Assembly: GCA_951406725.2 (NCBI GenBank)
Contig: OX597817.1
Coordinates: forward strand, 145,638,001-145,702,000
From: Octopus vulgaris
Lineage: Eukaryota
DNA length: 64,000 bases
Direction: 5' to 3'
Under the pieces are notes generated by a model, which saw nothing but the letters and a program-made list of their open reading frames with translations, was not told the origin of the DNA and did no database searches. The first letter of the stretch is position 1; each line of letters opens with the position of its first letter. The position numbers were made by a program, and so were the translations under genes. Shown here piece by piece: positions 36,953 to 51,260 of the stretch.

Positions 36953-38160
36953 ATTGGGTTGAAACAAAAGTTCATACCATTTTTCAGTTGGTGGCATTTA
37001 AAACACGTTTCTTACATGACAGAAGAATACAATATATTTTCTGAAAGGTGACATTTCAATACATTTTCCTACATAATTATTGTGTTTAGGTTACTTATAT
37101 TGTTTTTACTCTAAAAGTGAAAATGGAGGTAAATGAGATGCATTTTCATCATTTGATGTTCTTTTATTTCCAGAAAGGAAAGAAGTGCTGCACAACAGCA
37201 AAAAAGACCTGTGCAGTTTATGGAGATGGTGCCATGCTTGAAAGGATGGTTCATAAGTGGTTCACTTAGTTTAGAAGTGGAAATTTAGATATGGAAAGCT
37301 GTGAAATGTTCTGGCAGCCCTAGAGTTGTTGAGGATGGCCAAATCAAATGTTAATCATAACTAATCCAGGTCACATGGAACAAGACGTTGCAGAGATTCT
37401 CTACATATCTCATATGAACATTATAAAGCATTTAAAGACACTTGGATACATGAACTGCATTTCCATCTGTGATTCTCTGTTCAAATGTAATAAAAATGAA
37501 TCATTTTTGAAAAGAACGATCATAAGTGATGGAAAATGAATTTTTACAACAATGCGGAAAGGAAAAGGTCCTGGAGAAAATGAAATAAACCACCTTTCAT
37601 CAGTCCAAAAGCTAGTCAATCTCCAAAGAAAGTGATGCTCTCTAACTGGTGGAATTGTAAGGGCATTGTGTATCATGAGCTCCTTCCACAAAATCAGATG
37701 AATTCAGACAATTATTGTTCCCAGTCAGACTGATTAAAGGAGACAAAAGTCTAGAACTGGCCAACTGGAAGGGTGTTATCTCCATTTAGAACAATGCTAG
37801 ACTTCATGCTACATAGCAAGCTTAGCAGAAATTGGTACATCTTAGCCAGGATGTCCTACCACACCCAACAAACTCATCTGACCTTGCACCTTTGAATTAC
37901 CATATATTTCAATCTCTACAAAATTCTCTTAAATGGGAAGAACTTCAATTCTTTGAAATACTGTAAAAACAACTTGAACCAGTTCATGACCTAAAAAGGT
38001 GCCAAGTTCTGGGAAGATGGGATCATGAAGTTGCCTCAAAGTTGGTAAAAGGTAACAGAACTGAACGGGACAGATGTATTTGAATAAAAGTATGTACAAA
38101 TACCTAAATACTGTTATTGAAATTTACTTTGAAAATGGTTTGCATTTGTTCCAACCTAAT
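36953..38160 (+). mobile_element. Near full-length defective mariner transposon (~1.2 kb)
   Basis: Inverted termini attgggttgaaacaaa...accattttc and gaaaatggtt...tttgttccaacctaat. Broken transposase: MEVNEMHFHHLMFFYFQKG, CAVYGDGA, FLKRTIISDGK*, HPTNSSDLAPLNYHIFQSLQNSL (YSPDLAP-like), with stops and frameshifts. Confidence 0.9.
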
Positions 38161-40058
38161 ATATTAAAGGTGCACATTTTACGAACTTAGAGGGACTGAA
38201 AATAAATTTTCCCAGACAGGATTTGAACACAGAATGTAGAGTTGTAACTAAGTACTGCTGTGTATTTATTTAGATGTGCTACTTGACTGCTGTAGTAGTA
38301 GTAATAATAATAATAATCCGTTCTACTATAGACACAAGGTCTGAAATTTTGGAAGAGGGGGCTAATGAAGTGTATCAACCCCAGTACTGAACTGGTACTT
38401 AATTTATCAACCCCGAAAGGATGAAAGACAAAATTTGGATGTAAAGGGCTGGAAGAAATGCTGCTTAGCATTTTTTCCGATTCACTAATGATTCTGCCAG
38501 ATAATAATAATAACTAATGAGGATGACCATAATGATATTTATTTAAATTAATGATAATAGCAAAAAATAATTATAAGACAACATCTAAATGCTTAAAAAT
38601 TCTGTCACACCATCTTTCACCAGTTTATTAACCAAAATTGATTTGAGGTTTCACAGATCAATTAAAATGCAAAAATTGATTTTTGATAGACTAATAACTA
38701 ATTAAATTTCTTAATTCAAAAATATTTTTTGTTGACTGTTTAATGCCAATAAACCTTAAATCACTCTTTGTTCTACAATACAAATTTCTGGTTTTAAAGT
38801 GTTCTAAATTATAAACCTTCCATTAAAATTTAATGTTAATTTATGTATCAAAAACCATATTAATACTGACAAAGTTATTTTACTAAATTCTTCATTTTCA
38901 AAATTAACCAAAACAAGGCTAGAGAATTTCAGAGATAAGGTAACAAAAGGGTTCAATAAATCCCTATATTCATCCAAAAACAAGTGTTTGTATCTACACT
39001 AAACAGATATTCAACAATGCTTTCTCTAAAATTAAAATAATTTTTGTTCTCTCAACATTAGAAACCAATATTGTGGTTGTTATTTAGTTCCAGATAATGT
39101 GTATCTATTATTTAATGTGTCAGTATGACATGATGGAGATTGGATGTTATTGCAAGAAGCTGCAGTGACTGTATAAAGTTTTTTTTTGCTGGGTGTTAAT
39201 ATGGTTTTTTAAACACATAAAAAACATTCGAGCGAGGATGTTGCCAGTGCCACTGGACCGGCTCCTGTGCAGGAAGCACATAAAAAGCACTATTTGAGCG
39301 TGGCCATTGCCAGTACCGCCTGACTGGCCCTCGTGCCGGTGGCACGTAAAAGCACCCACTACACTCTCGGAGTGGTTGGCGTTAGGAAGGGCATCCAGCT
39401 GTAGAAACTCTGCCATATCAGATTGGAATCTGGTGCAGCCATCAGGTCCACCAGACCTCAGTCAAATTGTCCAACCCATGCTAGCATGGAAAGCGGACGT
39501 TAAATGATGACGACATAAAACCATTGATATATGACTTATAAAACACTTCAATACTTTTATAATTGCTGTTTAATAGATTTTTTATTACAAACATTTAAAA
39601 TTACTTTTTTCTTTTTTGACATCAAATATTTCATATAAGAAATATTTGTTATAATAACTGCTTGGTTTCTTTGTAGGATTTTTTGTTTTTGTCTTTTGTT
39701 TTACATTTAGAATATGCCATCCTCCTTTCTTTTTTGTGTGTAAATGAGTACGTGTCTGTGTGTTTGTAGGCAGAAATAAACAAATTGAGGCATGGAGAGT
39801 GTTTTGTTCTGGGTCTCCTATCTTTGAGACATATCTGCTGCACACAACAGATTGTCTTGAGTATCAACATTAGGGAGGACAATGCAATGTTAGAAAATTA
39901 CAGAATAGAGAAACTCGTGTGACTTGTTTGTGAGATCAAAGCCTATATTGTTACAGTACATCTATTACCATAGTTACACATGCAAAGAGCAGTAGGCCTA
40001 CAGATATTCCATATCATAATGTAAAAAAATTAAACAAAAAAAAAAAATGCACTAATAG

Positions 40059-40138
40059 ACAATGGTTTGCAAGCAGGGGGTAACTCAACCAGCCATAAAC
40101 AATAGTTTGCAAGCAGGAGCTAAGTCAACTAACCATAA
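40059..40138. repeat. Diverged 40-bp tandem duplication
   Basis: acaatggtttgcaagcagggggtaactcaaccagccataa followed by acaatagtttgcaagcaggagctaagtcaactaaccataa. Confidence 0.8.
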
Positions 40139-42400
40139 TACACACTCATAAATCTCTATATTTAGACAAGGAGCGCTTTAGATTAGTATAACTGTGAAGG
40201 TATTTCAATTGTGTGTTGTAGCTAGTTCGTTTCATTTATGCAGTTTATATCTTTGGGAAAGGTATGGGTGTGAGTAGGGTTGATTGCTTATCTATATTTA
40301 TCTCATAATTACTTCTATTTACAGCACTTTTATTATTGTTTTACAGTCCTTTTAGCATAAGAGCATTCAATGTTTACATACATTAATATTATCGCGGGTA
40401 TTTGTCAGAGAGGATAGTTTTACAGTTGCATATCCAACAGAGTTCTAACTACTTGATAATAAAGTAGGAAGAATACTTGTCAACAGTTAGACAAACTTGA
40501 ATCAGAACAAAATGTAATGCCCTTTATCTTGGAGTAGTATACATTGGCTGTGTGTAGGGTTTCAACTCATGACTGTATCATAGCCATAGCACTGAAGCAC
40601 ACAAACACTCACTAATGGAACGGCAGGAGAATACAGTAACAGTTAACTGGCACTCTATTGGTTACAACAATAAGGATTCCAGTTGATCCAATCAACAAAA
40701 CAGCCTGCTTGTCAAACAATCAAGTGGCTGAGCACTCCACAGACACGCGTACTCTTAACGTAGTTCTCAGGGAGTTTCAGCATGACAAGGAATGTGGCAT
40801 GGCTGGCCCATTGAACTACAGATACTACTCGTTTTTGCCAGCAACAATACTCTCTTTACTCTTTTACTTGTTCCAGTCATTTTGACTGCGGCCATGCTGG
40901 AACACCACCTTTAGTCGAGCAAATTGACCCCAGGACTTATTCTTTGGAAGACTAATACTTATTCTATCGGTCTCTTTTGCCAAACTGCTAAGTTACGGGG
41001 ACTTAAACACACCAGCATCGGTTGTCAAGCGATGTTCGGGGAACAAACACAGACACACACTTTCAGTTTCTGTCTACCAAATCCACTCACAAAGATTTGG
41101 TCAGCCCAAGGCTATAGTAGAAGACACTTGCCCAAGGTGCCACACAGTGGGACTGAACCCGGAACCATGTGGTTGGTAAGCAAGCTACTTACCACACAGC
41201 CACACCTGTGCCTAATACTGCAGGAATTAAATAAGAATAGTAGATAGTACTGTCTAAACAGTATTATTTCTTTCTTCAGTGATCCACTCCCTAAATTTGA
41301 ATATTTCTGAGAGATACCGTATGAACACAAGGAGGATATACCATAGCCCCTCATCATCATCTTACCACTTCCTCAAACAAATTGTTACTGTACTACATGC
41401 TTAGATCTCGTGTGTCAGGGCCTAATCCCTTACTAACATGATCAAGCCAGGAGGAAATGTTTATAGCTAGAAACGAAACTAATTCAGGTTAATTCAAAAT
41501 TAACTGATCCACAGTGGACCATGTAGCTAATTAAATGCCTTGTTTCTTTTTAAGATAAAAACCATATCTGAGGACAATTGTCTTAGTTATCAATTCAGGA
41601 TAAATTAAATAACTGTAACCTAAACAGTCAACTACTTAGTTCCTATCAAAAAGGTTTAGGGTACAAATAATTTGCTACTTCTTAAACAACAATATTTAAA
41701 TTTCAATTATTAATCATAAATGAATCAATGGCTGGTAATAATGAGTAAACTGAAACTTAAACCATAAGTTTAATGCTTGAGAATTACAAATTTAGTTTTC
41801 TTACATTGAGAAAATGCAAAAGATTTTTAAAAATTAGTTGCATTTTTATTATAATAGAATCAAATCATTTATGTGAAGGAATAATTCTGTTTGTATACAA
41901 CTGATATAGATATCAGTGGAATCGAAAAATGAATTTGCATAAAAAAAATTACCAAAATGAATATAATTTTGAATACTTATTTTAAAGTACTCGACTATAG
42001 CTTAAATTGTTGAATTCTAATGACAAAAATGGTGTGACAGAACAGCTACAAAACAAAAGGTTGTCCCACCTCAATAAGTCCTTCCAAAATGGTGTGAAGC
42101 TGTGGGGAAGATGCAGGGAAGAAATGTTATTAGGATGGTGGTTTTAAAGAACCTACTAAAAAGCAGAGTTGGTTAAAATTCAATGCCAATAATTTATACT
42201 GGTAACTGATTAGAGCTAATATTGAAAAAATATCAAATAGTACAAAAAAATTTATTTAATTAAATAATAAAATGTAAAGTTGTTAAAGTATGCAATATGA
42301 ACAAGGAAACAAATACACTAAAACATTGGGTAATGAATTAAATATGCAGAGTAAAAACCCAGTGTTTTATTTTAATTTATAGTATAGACATGAAAATATC

Positions 42401-42614
42401 AGTTTCAAATTTTGGCACAAGGCCAGCAATTTTGAGGGAAGGGCTAAGTCGATTACATCGACCCCAGTGCACAACTGGTACTTATTTTATCGACCCCAAA
42501 AGGATGAAAGGCAAAGTTGACCTTGGTGTTATTTGAACCCAGAACATAAAGACGGATGAAATGCCGCTAAGCATTTTGCCCAGCACAATAACGATTCTGC
42601 CAGTTCGCCACATT
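42401..42614 (-). mobile_element. SINE family B (~215 bp)
   Basis: Reverse complement of ggcgagctggcagaatcgtt...aaatgcttagcggcattt...gagttcaaat...cctttcatcctttYgggg. Copies at about 18170-18375, 19105-19325, 21355-21565, 22865-23065, 24360-24570, 24945-25165, 32010-32240, 52515-52825 and 60725-60940. Confidence 0.8.
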
Positions 42615-43701
42615 AAACAGACATGAAAATATTAAAATATATTTCAATTCAAGTGTTAAACTAACATTTAAAAACAAACAGTTAAAATGGATTATATAAG
42701 CTTCTGAATAAATCAAGGAAATTTAAAATTAAATTGAGTAAACTTAAATTTACAGAAAACCCTATTTAAATATCGGACTGCCAATTTCCAAAAATAGGAT
42801 TTTCAATATAAGTATTATTTGTTTTTCTGCCAAGTTGTTTTCATCATAAATGAAAACAGTAGGAAGCAAAAAAGAATTTAATAAAATATTTTTCAAAAAT
42901 TTTAAATTATAATCAATAAAACATTCTAGCCTTTTATCAAACTTTGATTGATGCTTTTTTTCCATTTTAATTTCCTCCTAACTGACAACATATTACTTTA
43001 TAAAAATCAGTTGACTGATTTTATCAATTAAAAGTTTCAAAACAGTGAAAAACAAAATTGCAACAACCTTGAATTTAAATTCCAATTTATAGTCAACTAT
43101 TTTTTTTTTTTTAGATCAGTGTTTTTACCTTAATATATCTATTATATTGGTCAAATTGCCCAATCTACTTTATTTTAGCATTTGACCATTTTAGATCATA
43201 ATTCTTAGAAGTAAATGGAAAGTAAAATTAGAAACTAGTGATCAGAAGATATACTAGAAACTATATGAACTTTAAATATTAATATTTATACATAAGTCAA
43301 ATTCGCTGAATGGTGAAAGTATTATTGGCACTGAATATTAGCACATTATACAGCAATCTAGTAAGTACTGTAGTAACTAAAGTACATATTTAATAAGCTA
43401 GGTACAACTTACATGCATATTTCAACATTGGCAATACACATGCAGGTTTTAAAATTAAAGTACAGTCTAGTTAGTCTAAGGTCAAAGTGTGGATTAAGTA
43501 CAAGGGTTTTAGTTCAAATAATTTACAAAAAAAAACAAAGTATTAAGTTATTGCTATGTGCATGTGTTTATTAAAATAAACACACACACACATACATTTC
43601 ATTTCAACAAAAAAAGATTAAATTAAAATAAAAATAAATTTAGAATCAAACAAAACTCAAGGTGAACGAGAACATAATCTAAATCTCATAACTTGAAATA
43701 C

Positions 43702-43802
43702 CTTTAAAGACTTGAGATATTTCTGTGGGTGGATTACCAATAAGTCATCTTCTGAAGCTTCTATTGGTTCCACAGTGGTGTCATCTTGAAGGAACTTTTC
43801 AT
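43702..43802 (-). CDS. HDAC11: HDAC11 exon 3
   Basis: TAG acceptor, gtattt donor, 101 nt. (D)EKFLQDDTTVEPIEASEDDLLVIHPQKYLKSLK. Confidence 0.95.
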
Positions 43803-45313
43803 CTAAAAAAAATAACATTAATTCATTTTGACTGAATAATAAGTAAAACAACTGACAAATTGTATAAAAGCATTAATTGGACATTTTCTTCATGTTGGGA
43901 TAAATCTGATAGTAATCTTTGTAAATAGAAAACCTCCATTGTCATAAACAAAAATAAATGTCTAGATTTTCAGTTCAAACTCTCATACAGCTGAATTGAT
44001 TTAACTAGAACAAACAGAAGTACCTATTTGTTACTTGGCTGTGAACTCCTCCATAACAGCTCTAATGACTGATAAGGTCTCAGTTACTCTGACAGGTTCA
44101 TGGTTGTGCTTGTGGCAATTAAGACCTCCAGTGTTCTTGGTCCCCAGACCATATCCCTGCTCACTGCTATCAGGATACAAATTGTTGTCTGCAAATGCAA
44201 GCCACGCAAGTCAGAGTGGCTGTTCCAGTGCATCTCCCTTGCCATCCTTCAAGGCAATGTCTTTTCCATTTTGTCTGCTGGTGCCATGAGAAAATTCCTT
44301 ATTCCTGTAGTTAAAATTCTCACTCCCTAATTATTCCAAGATATTTTGCTGTCTTCACCGTTTTCCATTAGATGTCCAGTCACCATCTCACACCACACAA
44401 AAGATAACTATTTCAACATTCCCTAAAGTTATTGTTATGGTTCTCACATTCCTTCCATAATTCCATGGTAACTCAGCTGGTAAAGAAGCTGAGTAGCTTC
44501 TACCAGCTAATCCCCACCCCACATCCACTCATACCTCAAATTCTACTAGCTAATCTTTACTTCCAGCTCTTTCTGTTGCCCTCTTCACCCCACGCCCTTG
44601 CTTTCTCTTTCTCTTTGATTTTACAAATTAAGAAGCAGGAAACTTAGAAAACAAAAACCCACTCTATGACAGAGAGAGATCTCTGAGTAAAGAATAGCTT
44701 TTATCATTTTGAAAACATACAGTCCAATCCATTACAGTACTTGATAAAAAACAAACAAATAATCTTATGATTTAATACAATAAAAAAAAAATTGAATTAA
44801 TTGAAGTTTCTACAATAAATGGTAATTAGAGAAATACAAACTATTTCTATTGAATTAGTAGAGCTTACATTAATTAGGTTTTCAAATGTTGGCACAAGGC
44901 CAGCAGTTTTTTTAGGGGAAGTCAATTACATCAACTCCTGTGCTCAACTGGTACTTACTTTACTGACCTCAAAAAGATGAAAAGCAAAGCTGACTTTGGC
45001 AGAGTCTGAACACATCAGCATCATTATTTAAGATCTGTTGTCCATGCTGGCATGAGTTGGACTCCACTCTGATTTGGCATAGTTTTCTATGGCTGGATGC
45101 CCTTCCTAACACCAACCACCCCAGGAGTGTAATGAGTGCTTTTATGTGCTAACAATTCTGCCAGATTGCCACCTTAATGAAGCATTAAATATTAACTGAT
45201 ATTTCGTGTGTAAAAAGGGATTTTATGAGACTTGAACTACTGAATTAATTATTTGGAAACTTTTGTACTAAATCTAAGAATTCTATTGTGAAGGCATACA
45301 GCTTAATGGTTAG

Positions 45314-45373
45314 GGTTCCACAGTGGTGTCATCTTGAAGGAACTTTTCATCTAAAAAAATAACATTAATTCAT
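45314..45373 (-). repeat. 60-nt duplicate of the HDAC11 exon 3 acceptor and exon start, inside a SINE head
   Basis: Identical to 43766-43826 except for one fewer A in the A-run. Confidence 0.9.
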
Positions 45374-46049
45374 AACCATAAGATCATGGTTTCAATTCTG
45401 ACACTAAGCAGTGCACTGTGTTCTTGAACAAAACACTTCATTTCACATAGTTCCAGTCCATTCAGCTGTAAACAAGTTCCAACAATAGCTAGGAAGTTAA
45501 CTCTGTGATGGAGTGGCATTCGATCCAGGGGGTGGGGACGGTCATTGAATATGAAACTGACCTGGCCTTTTGAGTTCTAGGGTTCATGAGAGACCTAAAA
45601 ATAGAATCCTAAAATTATAGATTTTAATGAAAGGAAATTAACATCAAACATTTTTTGTTTGTTATACTTGGGGATGGTAGTTTGTCTCCTCTTCTCTCTT
45701 ATCTTACACAAAGAACAGATTGAAAAGGTCACAGAATGTGTAATGAAAGGACTCTAATACATAAACTAAAAATAATAATAAAGCTGAAGTGAAGATCAAA
45801 TAAATAGTGCATGTGTTTGTTGAAAAAATGAGCATCCACAAATAAAACTATACCTATTTTAACATGATTTCACATCAAGAACCTTCCAAAACAAATACAT
45901 AAGCCTAGTTATTTTGTTTATTTTACTTTGACTGGAATACATTTTTTTTAAAACTTGCTTAGAAAAAAATTTAGAATAAAAAATGATTTCAGATATGATT
46001 TAAGAAATAAAAATATAACATTTGCTGAGTTTTAATTTTACAATCTTAC

Positions 46050-46201
46050 CTTTGAGAAATTTGTGTATTTTACCCCATTTTCCAGCATCGAAAGGGTGTA
46101 ATTTTTCAAAGTACATAAAGCTGATGTTGTAATGAGATGAGTATATGATAGGCCATTTGTAATCAGGAATCTCAATAAATAATTTGGAATTATTGATTCG
46201 A
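46050..46201 (-). CDS. HDAC11: HDAC11 exon 2
   Basis: Long pyrimidine tract with AAG acceptor, gtaaga donor. RINNSKLFIEIPDYKWPIIYSSHYNISFMYFEKLHPFDAGKWGKIHKFLK, containing the HDAC11-diagnostic EKLHPFDAGKWG. Confidence 0.96.
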
Positions 46202-49200
46202 CTTGAAGAAGAAAAGAAAATAGAAAAAGAGAATAACAATTTTAACATTACATATATATTTATGTAATTTTAACATTATATACACATTAATATTATATAA
46301 TTATATCTTTTACTACCTTCAAGAATTTTTAGGCAAAAGAATCGACCCCTGTAATTTTTTTTTAAAAGTCTGGTACTTATTCTAACAATCCCTTTTGCTG
46401 AGCTGCTAAGTTATGGGGACAAACACACCAACACCAATTCTTAAGTGGTGGTGGGGAACAAACACAGACACAAAGACTCATGCATAGATATATATACACA
46501 ACAGGTTTAATTCAATTTCCATCAACCAAATCTACTCACAAGGCTTTGGTCGGCCCAAGGCTATATTAGAAGCCACTTGCCCAAGGTGCCATGGAGTGGG
46601 ACTGAACCCGGAACGGGAAGCAAGCTTCTTACCACACAGCCACACCTGTGCCATGTAAAAAAGCACTCAGTCCACTCTGTGGGGTAGTTGGTGTTAGGAA
46701 GGGCATCCAGCTGTAAAAACCATGCCAAAACAGACATAGAAGTCTGGTGCAGTCTTTTGCCTGGCCAGCTCCTGTCAAAGCGTCCGACCCATGCCAGCAT
46801 GGAAGGTGGACGTTAAACAATGATGATGATATATATAATTTTAACATTACATAAGGGCCAGCAACTTTGGTGGAGGGGGTAAGTCAATTAGATTGATCCC
46901 AATGCTCAAGTAGTACTTATTTTACCAACCCTGAAAGGATGAAAAACAAAGTTGACCACAACAGAATTTGAACTCTGAATGTAAAGATATGAAACGCTGC
47001 TAAGCATTTCAACCAGCATGCTAATGGTTCAGTAATTAATCATATCAGTAATATTATACATCCAAATAAAAATCAAATGTTTATATTTATCTTATACTAG
47101 CTTAGAAGTTGCATTCCATGCAAACTTTTACACTGGCTTCTGTAGAGGGCTAATTGGGCCTGTGACCCAAAAGTAAAGAGAGCTAAGTACTCTATAATAA
47201 GTCTATAATGACAATATGCCCCGGTGGTATTTGAGCAGAGGTTAAGGATGGATGAGAATAATTTCTGTAATGTGATCATTCTATTGTTCCAGTCCCAATT
47301 TGAATTCCAGCTGTTGGTCAATTTGCACCAAAGTTCTTATCTCGATGTAAAATTAACAAAGTGAATGTTGTTTATTTCCTCCTTAATCTCTGATGTCATC
47401 TGACAAACACCAACCAAGATGGCATGAATCAGCCAAGCTTTACCTGCTAGAAATAGCCAGCAAAATGCTTTTAAATCAGATCCCAATGCTGGTTGTTTAA
47501 GAATCAAATGAAGGGCAGATTTTCAATCCCAGGATCATCTTGATTCCAAAAAGGTGTAATATATCTATGTAGAGCAAATGTAGACTGAGATAGAAGGGGT
47601 CCCAGACAGACAGACAGACTTTTGCTTTTATTATTATAGAAGACTGTAGCATATTAGATTATAAATGTTCTGTCAGCATGGTCATCATCATCATCATTTA
47701 ACATCCGTTGTCCATGCTAACATGGGTTGGACAGTTTGACCAGAGCTGGCAAGCTAGAGGGCAGCACCAGGTTCCAGTCTAATTTGGCATAGTTTCTACA
47801 ACTGGATGCCCTTCCTAATGCCAACCACTTTACAGAGTGCTTTTACATGGCACTGCCACAAGTGCTTTTCACCACCAGAGGGACCAGTCTTAACACTTCT
47901 GCTGCAGAGAAAGGGTCTTCTTGAGTACAGCAAGGCACCATGCATTTTGGTCCTTTGTCATCTCACCTGAAAGGTTCAGCATCCTGAGGTCATTCTTAAA
48001 TACTTCATCCCATGTCCTACTGGGTCTCCCACTTCCATGTGCTCCATCTCCTTTGAGAGATCAGCACTTCTTTATGGGGCTGTCAGCATCCATTCGCATC
48101 ACATCATCAACTAGCATATGTTGATCTCACATAACTATGTAAGTCAGAGTGCAAAGAGAAATACATTCAGCCATCAATGGAACCAACTAGCTGTGTTAGC
48201 TTATACTTGGATCTTTAGCAAGCTAGATGTTAACATTGGTTTCTGACAAATCCCCGAGGTCAAAGAATAAACTAAACTGACACTATTCAAGATAGTTTGA
48301 CTTTAAAAAGTTTACCATTTGGAATTGCATCAGAGCTCAAGTAATTCCAAAATTGAATGGTCACACAGGTCACAGTTTTTAAAAGAGGCCACTTACCATA
48401 ATCTTTTATTCTTTTACTTGTTTCAGTCATTTGACTGCGGCTATGCTGGAGCATTGCCTTAAAGGGTTCTAGTTAAAGAAATCGACCCTAGGACATATTC
48501 TTTGTAAGACTAGCATTTATTTTATTGGTCTCTTTTGCTGAACTACTAAGTTACTGGGGAAATAAACACACCAGCATTGGTAGTCAAGTAGTGGCAGGAG
48601 GGAGGAGCAAACACAGACACACACATATATGATGAGCTTCTTTCAGTTTCCATCTAACAAATCCACTCACAAGGCTTTGGTTGGACCAAGGTTATAGCAG
48701 AAGGCACTTGCCCTAGGTACCATGCAGTGGGACTGAACCTTGAACCATGTGGTTAGGAAGCTGTACCAATACATGAGGATAGACAAAGTATGACCTCAAT
48801 ACAATGTTTGTGAAGGAACATTAAAACTATAACAATACATGACAAGTTTTTCTTAAAGAACATGAAGCTGGCTGATCCCTTAGCCTTAAGGAATGATGTC
48901 CTCAAATTTCCTGAAGGTTACTGGAGAGTATGAGGAAGAATGTGTAGTGGCTAGGCCTGAAACAACAGCTAAACAAGCTGGTGCTAAACTGTAGACCTTT
49001 TATAAAAGAATGTACAAGCCATGGGAGCTGCTCACCAAGACAGATCTTGGCAGAAATTAGGGGCGGACAATTACTTGGGATACAAGGTGTTATATGAGGT
49101 CAAAACAAACTTTTAGAATGAGATCTGACAAGCAACTAAATACACTAGACCAAGGGTTCCAACCTGGGGTAACTGCTCTTCCAGCGTGTGCAAGATGGCA

Positions 49201-49369
49201 TTTCAGAGAGGGAAGGTATATACTTTGTTAAAATCATGGAATAAAATTAACTCTTAAAAATAGAATTTCTTGATTACTGTTTACTGAAAATGCCTTATAT
49301 TAGTCAATTCGAGAGAAGAAATTTGTTAGTGACCATACTGTTTCTAAGAAAACACTTATGGTTAAGTCC

Positions 49370-51260
49370 TCCTTTTCGATGCCTTACATGGGCCAGGCTG
49401 AATTCGACGAGGCGTTAATTTATAAACCTAAAGTAAACAAAGAAATAACGCCATATTCGTCTTAAAAGAGAAGATATGATGTAATGTTTATTTGCGTGCT
49501 TGTAAATATATACAGATCTATATCATCCAGTACACTGTGTAAAGTGGTTGGCGTTAGGAAGAGCATCCAGCAGTGGAAACCATGTCAAAGCAGACGTTGG
49601 AACACGACGCAGACTTCATTCATTGGATCCTATCGAACCACTCCAGCCATGCCAGCAAGAAAGACAGAGTTAAATGATAATGATGACGACGACAACCCAG
49701 ATAACGATGATGATGAAGGAGCATTATGGGATGGAAGCCATCTTGAGCACTGGTTTGCTCAATGATGGAATGGATAAAAGATTCAAAAGAAATGACACGG
49801 AGAAGTTATTACCCACGTGTTTAGATTAGATACGCAAAAACACAACAACCACCACCTCCAGCATCAGCAGTGTTGCAATAAATAGCTGCTGCCACTCGAT
49901 AATAACCGTTTTTGGGGTGTCAGTAAAAGCAATCAGTGATGGAATGACAGGTTAGGCAGGGACAAAATTAGAGATGAATTGTGAGGGAAGAAATACCAGA
50001 TGTGTCTTATAAAGTAAAATAAAAATATTCGATACGGTTTTTAAATAACAAACTGAATGGCAGTAACATTCGGAATATATAATTTATATTATCATTAACC
50101 TAGTTTAGGACAAATGGTGGAGCTATTTTAATTAATGGAAACAGGGTGGTTACTCATTTACAAAGAAATTATCGTTAGCAAACCACTGGCTTATAATTGT
50201 GGATTTTTAGACATCAAAGAAATTTTGTAATAAACAGGTAAAAGTTGGTGCTAATTTAAGGGAGAAAACAAACCACCAACTGCATTTTTGGCTCCAGCTA
50301 AATATTGGTGTGTCTTGTATTAAGAAGGCGACGGTATGTCGCAAATATTAAAGAAAAAAAAATCAGTATATTTCAAATAAATTGTTCTAACACAGGAAAA
50401 TATCTAGAGCGTATAATATGGTTAAATATTTCACAAAAGCTTGCCCTAAATAAGAAAATTGCGTCAACAAAGCGGTGACAGAGATCGTATTTATTAAGCA
50501 TTCGCAGGTCTTATATCAGTATAAATAAGGGATTAGGAAGAAGAATTGGTTAATTCTTCGTCAACATGTGCTCTAAATGTCCAGCTATGATTATTATATT
50601 AAGCGATGACTACGTAAAAGAAATGTAGGTGTTGTGTTGTGGGTCCATAGATGGGGGGAAATTGACAAACCAAAACAATTACAGGTGGTTGTTATATGTG
50701 GGAGAGAACGATGATTTTTTCAGACACAATGACGAAATTATAGATACGTAAATGATGCGAATAATTCGATACATTTTCGTTGCTGGTTGCATAAATTTAA
50801 ATGAATCACAAATTAGAAAAAAATATCTGAATGTGTCCAAAAAATAAATTATCGTGTGAGCTTTGAAATTGTTTGTCGACCTAAACATAAACATGGATAT
50901 GTAGAAAAAAGACTACATGTTAACAGCTTAACACTAGTTCAACTGATGGGAGGAACATTCATGTCAAAAGCTAAATGAATTTAGTAATTAAAACGACGGA
51001 GGAAATAATAAAGAACATAAATATATTCACCGTTGTGTTTCATCGTTTTCCTCCATGGTGGTATGAGACAGACGCTGGGTCTAAGCCAGGCCTTGTTATC
51101 TCCCTTGCAGGGCGGCAAGATTTATTTTTTTCTTATTCAACATATAAATATATTTGTAATAATTTGCATAAATATAAACATAAAAATTATTACCTTTTTT
51201 TTTTTAGTTATTTATATTTTTAATTAAATATTTAATTGCGTTCTCGCTATTATCATTTAA
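49370..51260. promoter_or_regulatory. CpG-retaining zone around the HDAC11 5' end
   Basis: CG dinucleotides are visibly more frequent in non-repeat sequence here than in gene-body introns; spans predicted exon 1. Judged by eye, not counted. Confidence 0.5.
51031..51056 (-). CDS. HDAC11: HDAC11 exon 1 coding part (predicted start, MEENDETQR)
   Basis: Strong Kozak context accaccATGG; 26 nt then gtgaat donor in phase 2, matching exon 2; lies in a CpG-retaining, repeat-poor zone. Confidence 0.75.

Noticed and set aside
36953-38160. Active or domesticated mariner transposase
   Set aside because: Multiple stops and frameshifts, with degraded catalytic motifs.
44030-44430. Old reverse-transcriptase fragment (LAFAD-like on minus)
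   Set aside because: One weak motif only; cannot be supported without a profile search.
50679-50894. Alternative HDAC11 first coding exon
   Set aside because: A phase-2 gtaatt donor exists near 50682, but 51031-51056 has a much better start context; not excluded as a minor isoform.
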